Shown here one piece after another: positions 1 through 9,224 of a DNA stretch of 64,000 bases; position 1 is the first letter of the stretch, and each line of letters begins with the position of its first letter. Position numbers and translations under genes: made by a program. Source of the stretch: an uncultured Burkholderiales bacterium (lineage in GTDB: Bacteria; Vulcanimicrobiota; Xenobia; Xenobiales; QWHO01); contig CAYYHB010000004.1 of NCBI GenBank assembly GCA_964471395.1, forward strand, positions 529 to 64,528, read 5' to 3'. Below the pieces are notes generated by a model that was not told the origin of the DNA, did not search any database, and saw nothing but the letters and a program-made list of their open reading frames with translations.

Positions 1-745
1 TCTGGCCGGTCTGGTAGCGATCGCGCGGGTCCTTGGCCAGCAGCTTCTCGATGATCTGGGCCAGGGCCGGGCTGATCTTGGGATTGTAGTCGCGCACCAG
101 GGGGATGGGGGCCGAGGCGTGCAGGCGGAGCAGCTCGGAGGTGCTCTCGGCCTGGTAGGGGGGGCGTCCGGTGGCGCAGTGGAACAGCACCGCCCCCAGC
201 GCGTAGAGGTCGGTTCGCTGGTCGAGAGGGGCGTCGAGCATGCCGGTCTGCTCGGGAGCGGAGTACTGGTAGGTGCCCACGGCCGACTCGGCGCTCTGGC
301 TGTGCACGAAGGTGGCGAAGCCGAAGTCGATCAGCCGGGCCGTCCCGGCTCTCGAGACGACCACGTTGGCGGGCTTGACGTCGCGATGGATCAGCCCGTG
401 GCGGTGCACCTGGTCGAGGCCCCCGGCCAGCATCTTGGCCACCTCCACCAGCTCGCCTTCCTCCAGCGGGCCGGCCTCGAGCTCGGCCTGCAGCGTGTAG
501 CCGGGCACGAACTCGCGCACCAGGTAGGGGCGGCCGGCGGCCTCGCCCACCTCGATGATCTCGGGTAGCCCGGGATGGCGGATGCAGGCCAGGGTGGCGT
601 AAAACAAGAGCGAGCGATCCTGGGGGTCGTTTTGCACCTTGACCGCGTAGGTCACATCCCCTCGCTTGCCCCGGTAGACCACCCCGCGCGCTCCGCGCCC
701 TAGCTCGCCGTCGATTCGATAGCCCGGAATCTCGGGGACCTTCAC
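1..745 (-). CDS. Ser/Thr protein kinase, N-terminal catalytic domain (partial; rest of gene lies left of the window)
   Basis: Reverse translation from GTG (745-743) gives VKVPEIPGYRIDGELGRGARGVVYRGKRG..YAVKV..HRHGLIHRDVKPANVV..IDFGFA..YSAPEQ..DLYALGAVLF (Hanks subdomains I, II, VIb, VII, VIII, IX). The frame is open to the window edge, so it is missing from the ORF track. It is paralogous to the N-terminus of 3897..9176. Confidence 0.85.
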   Translation of the reverse strand, partial: MKVPEIPGYRIDGELGRGARGVVYRGKRGDVTYAVKVQNDPQDRSLLFYATLACIRHPGLPEIIEVGEAAGRPYLVREFVPGYTLQAELEAGPLEEGELVEVAKMLAGGLDQVHRHGLIHRDVKPANVVVSRAGTARLIDFGFATFVHSQSAESAVGTYQYSAPEQTGMLDAPLDQRTDLYALGAVLFHCATGRPPYQAESTSELLRLHASAPIPLVRDYNPKISPALAQIIEKLLAKDPRDRYQTGQ

Positions 746-1117
746 GCAGTGCAGCGTTCGTCCTCACGCCGACGGATTCCCGGGGGACCACTGGTACGAG
801 CAGCGGCCGGCCGGGCGTCCGATGAAGACGAGGATGGGGCTCACCCCCCCCGAGAGCTCGCGCAGCAATCGCATCCAGCCGGGGCTCTCCCTGCTGTCTT
901 GTGCGATGGCAGGGATGGTTGTTTTTGGGTTTTTATGGTCATTATGTGCTCGTGAGTTGTGTCCGAGAAGTATCTCTTGTGACCATTGTGTAACAGGGTT
1001 CGAAGGGGCGATTTCTTTGTGATGGCAACGTTATTGACCCTGATCGAGGCCCTTTGAGCGTGCGAAAGTTGCCGAGAATTGTTTACCTGGAGTTTACGCT
1101 TGTTACAAGTCGGAAAC

Positions 1118-3097
1118 ATGGCTGCAACCATCGCCTCCTCCAGGGGACCTATCCTGAGACTCAAGATGGCAGTTCAAAGAAGCAGCAGCAGCTCGGTCTC
1201 GCGGTCGTCTCGGCCGGCCGCGACCACGGCCAAGAGGAGCACTCAGAGCAGCTCCAAGCGGAGCAGCTCAGGCGCAAGCGCCAGCCGAGGGACCAGTCGG
1301 ACGTCCAACCCGTCCAAAGCCCGCTCCACCCAGCGTAACGAGAGCACCACCGCCGCCAGCACCAAAGCTCGCACCAGCGAGGTCAAGCCTGCCAGCCAGG
1401 TAGACAGCTTCAAGCCGAGCGCCGAGTTGCGCGAAGAGCAGGCGGCCGGGAAGACCCGGGCGGCCGAGGAAGCCGGCACCAGCGCGCTGCTGGCCGGATT
1501 GAATGCCAACTACGGTGCCCAGGCCGTGGGCTCGCCGCAGAGCAACGGCTCGGTGAGCTCGGTCAGCGCTCCGGGCAACGGCCAGGATACGGCCGCGCCA
1601 AGTCGGTCGGTGGCCTCCACCGGGGCCCAGGACCCGCGTGCCCAGGATGCCGGCAACCAGAATGGCGCGGCGGGCACTGGCGCCCAGAACGCTACCGGCA
1701 CCAATGGCAATGGCGTGGCGGGCGACGGCACCCAGAACGCTGCCGGCGCCAGTGGAACCCAGAGCGGCCAGGCTCCCGGCGAGACCCGCCGCGAGGAGGC
1801 GGTGCGGGTCCAGGGTCAGGTCGAAGAAGGGGTCAAGAAGGGCCAGGAGGCCGGCACTCCTCCCAGCGAGACCGTCAAACAGCTGCAGCAACAGCTGGGC
1901 GACCCGCCCAAGCTCGACAACGTGCTGACCGTGCACGGCCTGTTTGCCGATGAGAGCTCCTTCAAGACCATGACCGACTACTGGACTTCCACCGGCGCCA
2001 ACCAGATGGGCGGAACCATCAAGGGAGCTGACCTCTCCAAGCTGTCGATGGACGAGATCAAGGCCATCAAGGACCCGGCCGAGCTGGCCAAGAGGTTGGG
2101 CCTCAACCACCAGGGCAACATCTTCAACATGCAGTTTTCCGGCAACGCCGCCAACAGCGATGTCAACAAGGCCGAGCTGGCCAAAGCCGTGCAGGTGGTC
2201 AGCCAGCTGCGCGGCGGCGGCATGGTCGACCTGGTCAGCCACAGTAAGGGCGGGGTCGACTCGCGCAACCTGCTCGACAGCGGCCAGGGCGACAAAGTTC
2301 GCAGCTTGACCATGCTGGGCACTCCCAACAAGGGCTCGGGCGTGGCCGACCTGGCCCAGACCCTGCCTGGCCAGCTGGCCACCGACAACCTCTTCGCCAC
2401 CGAGCGCACCAACAAGGACCGCGCCGCTCTGCCCGAGCTGGGCAAGGGCAGCAACTTCCTGCAGAGACTCAACCAGCGATTCCAGGATCAACTCTCCCGG
2501 CTTCCGGGCGGTGCCCTGGCCATCCAGGGCTCCACTCCCCTGGGCGGCGACGGCGTGGTCTCGCACGACTCGGCCACCGTTCCCGGGGCCATCAACAAGA
2601 CGGCCTGGGGCAGCACCCACATCGAGACCCCCGGCTACAACCTGGGCATCACGGCCAGTCCCTCGGTCATCGGCGAGGTTTCCAAGTTCCTGTCTGGACA
2701 GCAGCTCACTCCCGGCCGGGACCTTTACGACAGCATCGGCGGCCGGGCGCTGCATACGGCCTCGGACACCCTCGACGCCGGGCTCAACCTGGCTGGCCGG
2801 GCCTATGACGGGGCCGCCCACTACGCTCAACAGGGCTGGGAAGGCGCCAAGTACTATGGAACCCAGGCGGTCCAGGGAGCCGGCAACGCTGCCCAGGCGG
2901 GTTGGGATGGCGCCAAGCACTACGGTAATCAGGCTTACGAGGGAGCCACCTACTACGGCCAGCAGGGTTGGGAAGGGGCCAAGCACTACAGCAACCAGGC
3001 TTACGAGGGCGCCGCCCACTACGGTAACCAGGCCTACGACGCGGTCACCACCACTGCCAGTGATACCTGGGATCGATTAACCGGATTGTTCCGCTAA
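1118..3097 (+). CDS. Lipase-like alpha/beta hydrolase with a disordered N-terminal region and C-terminal 11-residue repeats
   Basis: ORF 1079..3097 starts at TTG; the first in-frame ATG is 1118, so the start is uncertain. Nucleophile elbow VSHSKGGVDSRN (Ser codon 2243-2245), then MLGTPNKGS, as in small bacterial lipases. The N-terminal ~270 aa are Ser/Thr/Ala/Gly/Asn/Gln-rich with no signal peptide. Confidence 0.75.
   Translation: MAATIASSRGPILRLKMAVQRSSSSSVSRSSRPAATTAKRSTQSSSKRSSSGASASRGTSRTSNPSKARSTQRNESTTAASTKARTSEVKPASQVDSFKPSAELREEQAAGKTRAAEEAGTSALLAGLNANYGAQAVGSPQSNGSVSSVSAPGNGQDTAAPSRSVASTGAQDPRAQDAGNQNGAAGTGAQNATGTNGNGVAGDGTQNAAGASGTQSGQAPGETRREEAVRVQGQVEEGVKKGQEAGTPPSETVKQLQQQLGDPPKLDNVLTVHGLFADESSFKTMTDYWTSTGANQMGGTIKGADLSKLSMDEIKAIKDPAELAKRLGLNHQGNIFNMQFSGNAANSDVNKAELAKAVQVVSQLRGGGMVDLVSHSKGGVDSRNLLDSGQGDKVRSLTMLGTPNKGSGVADLAQTLPGQLATDNLFATERTNKDRAALPELGKGSNFLQRLNQRFQDQLSRLPGGALAIQGSTPLGGDGVVSHDSATVPGAINKTAWGSTHIETPGYNLGITASPSVIGEVSKFLSGQQLTPGRDLYDSIGGRALHTASDTLDAGLNLAGRAYDGAAHYAQQGWEGAKYYGTQAVQGAGNAAQAGWDGAKHYGNQAYEGATYYGQQGWEGAKHYSNQAYEGAAHYGNQAYDAVTTTASDTWDRLTGLFR
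2810..3040 (+). repeat. Seven tandem 33-nt (11-aa) coding repeats at the C-terminus of the lipase-like protein
   Basis: GAAHYAQQGWE/GAKYYGTQAVQ/GAGNAAQAGWD/GAKHYGNQAYE/GATYYGQQGWE/GAKHYSNQAYE/GAAHYGNQAYD read directly from the translation. Confidence 0.9.
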
Positions 3098-3124
3098 CCA
3101 GAGAGAACTCGACAGGTTCGGTGC

Positions 3125-3153
3125 CCGGCGGTCTTCCGCCGGTTCTTCTTTGT
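3125..3153 (+). terminator. Rho-independent terminator after the lipase-like gene
   Basis: Stem ccggcgg (3125-3131) / ccgccgg (3136-3142), loop tctt, followed by ttcttctttgt. Confidence 0.7.
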
Positions 3154-3318
3154 ACGCCAGGCTGGCGGCTTCGAAGAAGACTGCGCAGAGCGCAGGTGAG
3201 GCAGAGCGCCAATCACCTCGCACCGGTAAGGGGGGGGAAATTGCCCCTCGTTTTCCCCTGGTCAGCTTCCATCAGCCCTTCCTATACTTGAAGCATTCAA
3301 GACTCGAGGGAGGGTGCT

Positions 3319-3870
3319 TTGAGTTACAAGAAATGCCCGAGCTGCGGCGGTATGAATCGCCAGGCAGATACCAGTTGCTACCAGTGCGAGGGGGACCTTG
3401 CCGTCATGGAGGCCGAAGCGACCAGTGCCGAGGTAGTGGTCGATTACGCGAAGAGCTCGGATGAGCGCAAGTCAGATTGGGCTCACGGGGTTCGTGCTGG
3501 ACTGGTCGGCGGCGTGGTGCTGGGCTTGATCCGAGGCGTGCTCGGGATCTCCTTCACGAATAGTTTTGCCCGGGCCATTCTGGGCGCCCTGTTCGGGGTG
3601 AAGCTCCTGTTCCTGTGGATCATGATCGAGTGCATCATCTACTGCACCGTACTGGGCGTGATCCTGGGCTTCATGGACGAGCTCTGCTACCAGCAGGACG
3701 CCGCCCGGATAGGGGGCACCTACGGTGGCGCTCTGGGCATTCTCAGCCTGATAACCGGGATGGGCACTCTGCACGGCGTCGTCTTCGGGGCCATGTGGGG
3801 AGCTTTCGCAGGGATTATCATCTCTTACGTGGAGAAGAAGTGGTATCGCAAGCAATATGCCGAGTGGTAG
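3319..3870 (+). CDS. Zinc-ribbon membrane protein (hypothetical)
   Basis: TTG start preceded by gagggaggg. N-terminal CPSCGG-x10-CYQCEG zinc ribbon, followed by about four Gly-rich hydrophobic helices. Confidence 0.65.
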   Translation: MSYKKCPSCGGMNRQADTSCYQCEGDLAVMEAEATSAEVVVDYAKSSDERKSDWAHGVRAGLVGGVVLGLIRGVLGISFTNSFARAILGALFGVKLLFLWIMIECIIYCTVLGVILGFMDELCYQQDAARIGGTYGGALGILSLITGMGTLHGVVFGAMWGAFAGIIISYVEKKWYRKQYAEW

Positions 3871-3896
3871 TGGACCTTGCGGCTCTCGCTCGAGCT

Positions 3897-6800
3897 TTAC
3901 GGCTGACGCGGCGCGCTGCGCACCAGCCTTTGCTCAGATGACGCCTGCGCTTCGCCTTCCCCAGCCGCCACCCGGTTGCGTCCGGAGCTCTTGGCCTGGT
4001 AGAGGGCCGCGTCGGCCCGGGCCAGCAAGTGGTCGAGCGTCTCGCCCTGCTGCAGGGTGGCCACGCCCAGGCTGAGGGTGACCCCCAGCGGCCCCTTCTC
4101 GTGCTCGAGCGGAGTGCGTTCGACCGCCTGGCGGACAGTCTCGGCCTGCCTGAGGGCCTGCTCGAGCCCTAGCTCGGGCAGAAGAATGCAGAACTCCTCG
4201 CCTCCGTAACGGGCCAGCAGCCCGGCCTCACCAACGCAGTCTTGCAGGGTCCAGGACACCAGCCGCAGCACCTCGTCGCCCACCGCGTGGCCGTAGGTGT
4301 CGTTGAAGCGCTTGAAGTGATCCACGTCCAGCATGATGGCCGATACCTCGTGCACCTGCTCCAGCGTCAGCTCGGCCAGCTCCCAGAAACGGCGACGGTT
4401 GTAGACCCCGGTCAGGTGGTCGGTGGTGGCCAGCCGGTCAATCTCCTGGAACATGCTGGCGTTGGCCAGGGCGATGCCGGCCTGGTTGCAGAACGTGAAG
4501 GCCACCTCGGCCTCGTAGTCGGTGAAGGCGTCCACTTTGGCGGCCGACAGGGTCAGCACCCCGATCACTCGTCCCTCGCTCAACAGCGGGGACGCGATCC
4601 AGCTGAAGGGAGCCGGGAAGGTCAGGTTGGGGAAGCCCGGCTCGCTCTGCACCGACGGCTCCAACACCGGGCGGGCGCTCACCACCGCCTGGGCCAGCCC
4701 GTCGGGGTCCACCTCGCTGCTGGTGCCCAGCCACTCGGGGAAGCCTCGCAGCATGACCGACTGCAGTTGCTGCTCGTGGACCAGCCACAGACTGGCTCGC
4801 ACAAAGGGCACGATATGGGCCATGGTCTCGAGCAAGTTGTCGAGGATCACGCGCGTGTCCAGGGTGGACGAGAGAGCGCTGGTGAACTCGCTGAGCCGGT
4901 CCGCGAGCTCGCGACGGCTGCGCTCGGACTGCACCTCCACCTCCAGGCGCGCCGCTCGGGCCGTCTCCATGGCCACCGCGATGTGGCTGGAGAGAGCGTT
5001 GAGGATCTCGATGTCCTCGTCGGTAAACACGCCCCGAGCCAGCCGGTTGTCGAGGTAAACCACCCCTACGAACTGCTCGCGCAGGAACAGGGGAGCGCAG
5101 ATGATGCTGCGCAGGTCGTGGGCCACCACGCTGACGGCTCCCAGGGCGGCGCCCTCCTCGGTGCCGGCGATCACCACCGGCTCGCGGCTGAAGTGCACCG
5201 TGTCCACCACCGTGCGGCTGTAGCCGGTGGGGGCGGACAGGGTTTCGCCGGTGCGGTCGCGACCGGTCACGAAGCCGATCCCCTCGTCGCCGAGCATGAA
5301 CAGGTAGGCGCGCTCGGCGTTGAGGATCTTGATCAGCTCGTCGAGCACGGCTCGGGCCTGCTCATAGGGGCGCAGCACGCGGGCCGAGGCCAGGCTGAGG
5401 TTGAGCAGGGCCGAGAGCTGGCGCTCGAGGCGGGCGTGCGTGGCATCGCCCGTCTCGGAGCGGCGGCTGCCGGCCGACAGCGAGGCCGAGCCTCCCATGG
5501 AGCTGGAGCGACCCAGCGCGAATTCGCGGGCCGCCGCTCGGGCCCGCGAGGGCCAGTTCATCTCGACGGCCAGCTGGTAGGCGCGGGCCGCCTCGCGGTT
5601 GGCGGCGTCGAACTTCTGCATGGCGCTCAGAACGCGCGAGCGCCAGCGGCCCACCTCGAAGGTGACCCAGGGGGCGTCGTGCAGGGCGGCCAGGTCCTGG
5701 GCTCTGGAGAGGTGCTCGAGGGCCCGGTGGTGACGGCCGGCCAGGTGCTCGCGAGCCCCCAGAGCGGTCAGGTAGTGGGCCTTTATCACCACCCGGTTGG
5801 ACGTCTTCTTGAGCTGCTTCATGGACTGGTCCAGGCGAGCATAGTCGTCCTCGCTGGCCTCGCCGCGCTGGCAGCGGTCCAGGTTGGCGTAGGCCCACAG
5901 CACGAAGAAGTGGCGCCGGTGCAGGGGAGTGAGCGCCGGGAGCATCTTGAGCTTCAAGAACTGCTCTCCGGTCTCCACCATGGGAGAGGTCAGCTCGCCC
6001 GTTTCGCGGTGCAGCATCAAGAGATGGCCCAGGTAGTTGGCCTCGAGCGAGCGGTCGGCCTGGCCGGTGGTGCACTTCTCTCTGAGCCGCTCCACGTATT
6101 CGAGCGCCTCCCCGGGACGGCCCAGCACGGCCAGACACGAGATGGCGTAGCATGAGAGGATGTCCAGGTCGCGCACGACCCCGGCCGGGCTCGAGGTCAG
6201 CTTGCAGCGCTCGATGCCCCGCTGCACCCAGGCCCAGGCGCGGTCCTGGTAGCCGCGCATCATGAGCACCCAGGCCAGGTCGGCCACCCCGATCAGGTAG
6301 ACCCAGGCTTCGGTGAGGTGGCCCTGCTGGGTCAGCACCCGATCCAGGCCGTCCTCCACCTCGCCGCACTCGCCCGCGATGTGCAGGGCCACGTGGCGCA
6401 TCACCTGCAGATGGCTGTTACTGACCGGATCGCCGAGCTGGTCGGCCAGCTTCTGGATGGTGGAGGCGCGCCGCTCGACGATCTTGCTCTTTCGCAGCAT
6501 GCCGAAGAAGATCATCATGTTGGCGTAGCTGGTGATCATCTGCGGCGAGGGGCCGATGCGATGGCCCGAGAGGCAGGCGCGGGCCCCCATCTCGAGCATC
6601 TTGGGGTAGTGCATCTCGAAGTACTCGCCCTCGGAGTAGCTCTGGTAGAGCTCGGCCACGGTCTCCTCGCGCTCACGGTTGCCGGTGCCGGCCCGGCCGA
6701 TGCGGGTGAAGTCGGCCAGCAGCCAGAGGCCGAAGTAGTAGGCGGCGGCCACCCCGTTCCAGAGGGGATGATCGAGCACCGGCTTGCCGATGGCAGCCAG

Positions 6801-9176
6801 GGCCTGGCGGCAGCCATCCCGGGCCTGGGCCCGGTCGAGCTTGGAGAGGCGGAGCTTGGAGACGCGGTGCAGATATTGGGCCCGACGCAGGGAGTCGGGC
6901 TTGCCTTCCAGCAGCCGGGTCAGCAGCTTGATCGCCTCCTCCACCCGGTTGGTGCGCTCGCAGGCCAGGCTGAGCGGCTCCATCCACTCGGTGCGCTTCT
7001 CAGCCGAGCGGCAGGCCTGGGTCAGGAACTGGTAGGCGTCCTCGAAGGCGAAGTCGCGCAGGGCCATCAGGCCGGCCGACAGGTTGGTCTCGTAGACCCG
7101 GCCCCCCTGGCCCAGTCCCAGCGCATAGTGGCGCGCCACCGCGTAGGCCAGCTCGGGCTGGATTTTGGCCAGCTTCTCGAGCCCCTGGGCCACGCGCCGG
7201 TGCAGCTCGCGGCGGGCCTCCTCCTGCAGCCCTCCCAGGAAGGCCTCGCGGATGCGGTCGTGCACGAACAGGTAGCTGCCGGGAGCGGCCTGCTCGACGA
7301 TGCTGAACTGCACCGCCACCTCCAGCAGGTCTTGCACCTGGGCCTCGGGCTTCTCCACCACGGCCGAAAGGCCGGCCAGGCTGAAGCGGCTGCCGTAGAC
7401 GGCGGCCAGGGTCATCAGCTGGCGTACCTCAGGCGACACCATGGCGGCCCGCTGCAGCACCAGCTCCAGCACGTCGGCCGGCAGCCTGAGGCTCTGCAGG
7501 CCCTGGTGGTCGACCCGCCAGCCCTCCAGGCTGGGCAGCACCACCCCCGAGCTGAGCATGGCCCGCACATACTCGGCTGTGGCGAAAGGGTTGCCGTGGC
7601 TGCGCACGGCCACCTGGTGCACCAGCTCGGCGTCCACCGGACGCGAGCCCAGGTAGGAGTATACCAGCAGCTCGATTTCGGGGTTGCCCAGGGGCTCCAG
7701 GGCCAGACGCACGCTGGGGCGAGCCGAGCGGAGGTAGAGCTCGAGCCCCTGGCGGCTCTCGAGCGACGAGCGGGCCGTGGCCAGGAGCAGGATGGGCACC
7801 TCCTCCAGGGCGGTGCGCACGCGGCGCAGCACCTGGTGCCCACCCTCGTCGAGGTGGTGGGCGTCGTCGAGCAGCAGGATTAGGCAGCCGTGCATGCGCG
7901 CGAGCTGCAGGAAGAAGGCGGCGGCGGCATCCAGAAAGCGGTCGCCAGCCTCGGGCACGGCGCTCTGCTCCTGGCCCCGGGACAGGGCCGGGCTGAGCCG
8001 ACCTAAAAGTGAGCCCCACTGCTCCAGAAACGAGGCCAGCTCGTCCTCCACGAACTTGCGCTGCACCGCCGGCAGGCCCGGCAGTTGCTGGAAGTAGCCT
8101 TCGGCCCAGGCCCGCATGGGGGCGTAGGGAGGCTGGCCCTGCTCGCAGCGCGCCTCCAGCACCAGAGGGCGGGCCGTGACCGCCTTGCGCAGGAACTCGC
8201 GGGCCAGAAAGCTCTTGCCGCTGCCTCCCTCGCCTTCGACGAGCACCGACTGGCCGTCCCCCCGCGAGGTGCGCTCGAGGGCCGAGAGCAGCTCCTCGAG
8301 CTCGGCCTCGCGGCCCACCATCTCGTGGAACTGGGAGGTCAGCTCCTGGGCGCTCTCGCCCAGAGCGATCTTGCCCTCGTCGGCATAGCGCTGGTTGAGC
8401 TTGTTGAGAGCCCGCAGGTCGGCCAGCAGGCTGTGCCCGGTCTGGTAGCGGTCGCGGGGATCCTTGGCCAGCAGCTTCTCGATGATCAGACCCAGAGCGG
8501 GGGAGAGCTCGGGGCGATGGTCCTCCAGGCGGGGCACGGGGGCGGCGGCGTGCATCTGGAGCAAGCTGGCGGTGCTCTCCGACTCGTAAGGAGGCCGCCC
8601 GGTGGCGCAGTGAAAGAGCACCGCGCCCAGGGCATAGAGGTCGGAGCGCTGGTCGATGGGGGCGTCGAGTACCCCGCTCTGCTCGGGAGCAGCGTAGAGA
8701 TAGGTGCCCACGGCATCGTGCTTGGAGGCGTGGATGTTGGTGGCGAAGCCGAAGTCGATCAGCCGGGCTCCCCCCGAGCGGCTGAGCATGATGTTGGAAG
8801 GCTTGACGTCGCGGTGGATCAGCCCGTGCCGGTGCACCTGGTCGAGGGCCCCGGCGATGGTCTTGGCGATCTCGATCAGCTCGTTCTCTGGCAGTGGCCC
8901 GGTCTCGAGCTCGGCCGCCAGGCTGTAACCGGGCACATACTCGCGCACCAGGTAGGGCCGCCCGCCCGCCTCGCCCACCTCGACCACCTCGGGCAGCCCG
9001 GGATGGCGCATGCAGGCCAGGATGGCGCCGCACGAGAGGAGCGAGCGATCATCGCCATCCAGCTCGACTTTGATGGCATAGCTCACCCCGCCGCGTTGGG
9101 CCCGGTAGACCACGCCACGAGCTCCCCGGCCTAGCTCGGCCTGGATGCGATAGCCCGGAATCTCGGGTACGTCCAA
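3897..9176 (-). CDS. Multidomain signalling protein: Ser/Thr kinase - P-loop STAND/AAA ATPase - TPR-like helical region - two GAF domains - GGDEF diguanylate cyclase
   Basis: 1759-aa ORF with a TTG start aligned to the GTG start of the paralog at 745. Kinase motifs HRDVKPSNIM, DFGFA, APEQ. Walker A VEGEGGSGKSFL. C-terminal GAF-like segments. GGDEF domain with active-site RYGGEEF (4191-4205). Confidence 0.9.
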   Translation of the reverse strand: MDVPEIPGYRIQAELGRGARGVVYRAQRGGVSYAIKVELDGDDRSLLSCGAILACMRHPGLPEVVEVGEAGGRPYLVREYVPGYSLAAELETGPLPENELIEIAKTIAGALDQVHRHGLIHRDVKPSNIMLSRSGGARLIDFGFATNIHASKHDAVGTYLYAAPEQSGVLDAPIDQRSDLYALGAVLFHCATGRPPYESESTASLLQMHAAAPVPRLEDHRPELSPALGLIIEKLLAKDPRDRYQTGHSLLADLRALNKLNQRYADEGKIALGESAQELTSQFHEMVGREAELEELLSALERTSRGDGQSVLVEGEGGSGKSFLAREFLRKAVTARPLVLEARCEQGQPPYAPMRAWAEGYFQQLPGLPAVQRKFVEDELASFLEQWGSLLGRLSPALSRGQEQSAVPEAGDRFLDAAAAFFLQLARMHGCLILLLDDAHHLDEGGHQVLRRVRTALEEVPILLLATARSSLESRQGLELYLRSARPSVRLALEPLGNPEIELLVYSYLGSRPVDAELVHQVAVRSHGNPFATAEYVRAMLSSGVVLPSLEGWRVDHQGLQSLRLPADVLELVLQRAAMVSPEVRQLMTLAAVYGSRFSLAGLSAVVEKPEAQVQDLLEVAVQFSIVEQAAPGSYLFVHDRIREAFLGGLQEEARRELHRRVAQGLEKLAKIQPELAYAVARHYALGLGQGGRVYETNLSAGLMALRDFAFEDAYQFLTQACRSAEKRTEWMEPLSLACERTNRVEEAIKLLTRLLEGKPDSLRRAQYLHRVSKLRLSKLDRAQARDGCRQALAAIGKPVLDHPLWNGVAAAYYFGLWLLADFTRIGRAGTGNREREETVAELYQSYSEGEYFEMHYPKMLEMGARACLSGHRIGPSPQMITSYANMMIFFGMLRKSKIVERRASTIQKLADQLGDPVSNSHLQVMRHVALHIAGECGEVEDGLDRVLTQQGHLTEAWVYLIGVADLAWVLMMRGYQDRAWAWVQRGIERCKLTSSPAGVVRDLDILSCYAISCLAVLGRPGEALEYVERLREKCTTGQADRSLEANYLGHLLMLHRETGELTSPMVETGEQFLKLKMLPALTPLHRRHFFVLWAYANLDRCQRGEASEDDYARLDQSMKQLKKTSNRVVIKAHYLTALGAREHLAGRHHRALEHLSRAQDLAALHDAPWVTFEVGRWRSRVLSAMQKFDAANREAARAYQLAVEMNWPSRARAAAREFALGRSSSMGGSASLSAGSRRSETGDATHARLERQLSALLNLSLASARVLRPYEQARAVLDELIKILNAERAYLFMLGDEGIGFVTGRDRTGETLSAPTGYSRTVVDTVHFSREPVVIAGTEEGAALGAVSVVAHDLRSIICAPLFLREQFVGVVYLDNRLARGVFTDEDIEILNALSSHIAVAMETARAARLEVEVQSERSRRELADRLSEFTSALSSTLDTRVILDNLLETMAHIVPFVRASLWLVHEQQLQSVMLRGFPEWLGTSSEVDPDGLAQAVVSARPVLEPSVQSEPGFPNLTFPAPFSWIASPLLSEGRVIGVLTLSAAKVDAFTDYEAEVAFTFCNQAGIALANASMFQEIDRLATTDHLTGVYNRRRFWELAELTLEQVHEVSAIMLDVDHFKRFNDTYGHAVGDEVLRLVSWTLQDCVGEAGLLARYGGEEFCILLPELGLEQALRQAETVRQAVERTPLEHEKGPLGVTLSLGVATLQQGETLDHLLARADAALYQAKSSGRNRVAAGEGEAQASSEQRLVRSAPRQP

Positions 9177-9224
9177 GGTAGAACAGAGCTTCTGGAGGGC
9201 GCGGGAAGAGTCCTGGAGCCGGCC

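Noticed and set aside
1243-3080. ORFs 1268..3019 (-), 1243..1509 (-), 2511..3080 (+) and others overlapping the lipase-like gene.
   Set aside because: Arg/Gly/Ala/Pro-rich shadow frames. The + frame from 1079/1118 carries the hydrolase motifs and the periodic repeat.
4242-9134. Long + strand ORFs (4242..6155, 6318..7883, 8085..9134 and smaller ones) opposite the 1759-aa kinase gene.
   Set aside because: These are typical high-GC antisense shadow ORFs. They are Gly/Ala/Arg/Leu/His-dominated with no motifs, while the minus-strand frame carries kinase, P-loop, GAF and GGDEF motifs throughout.
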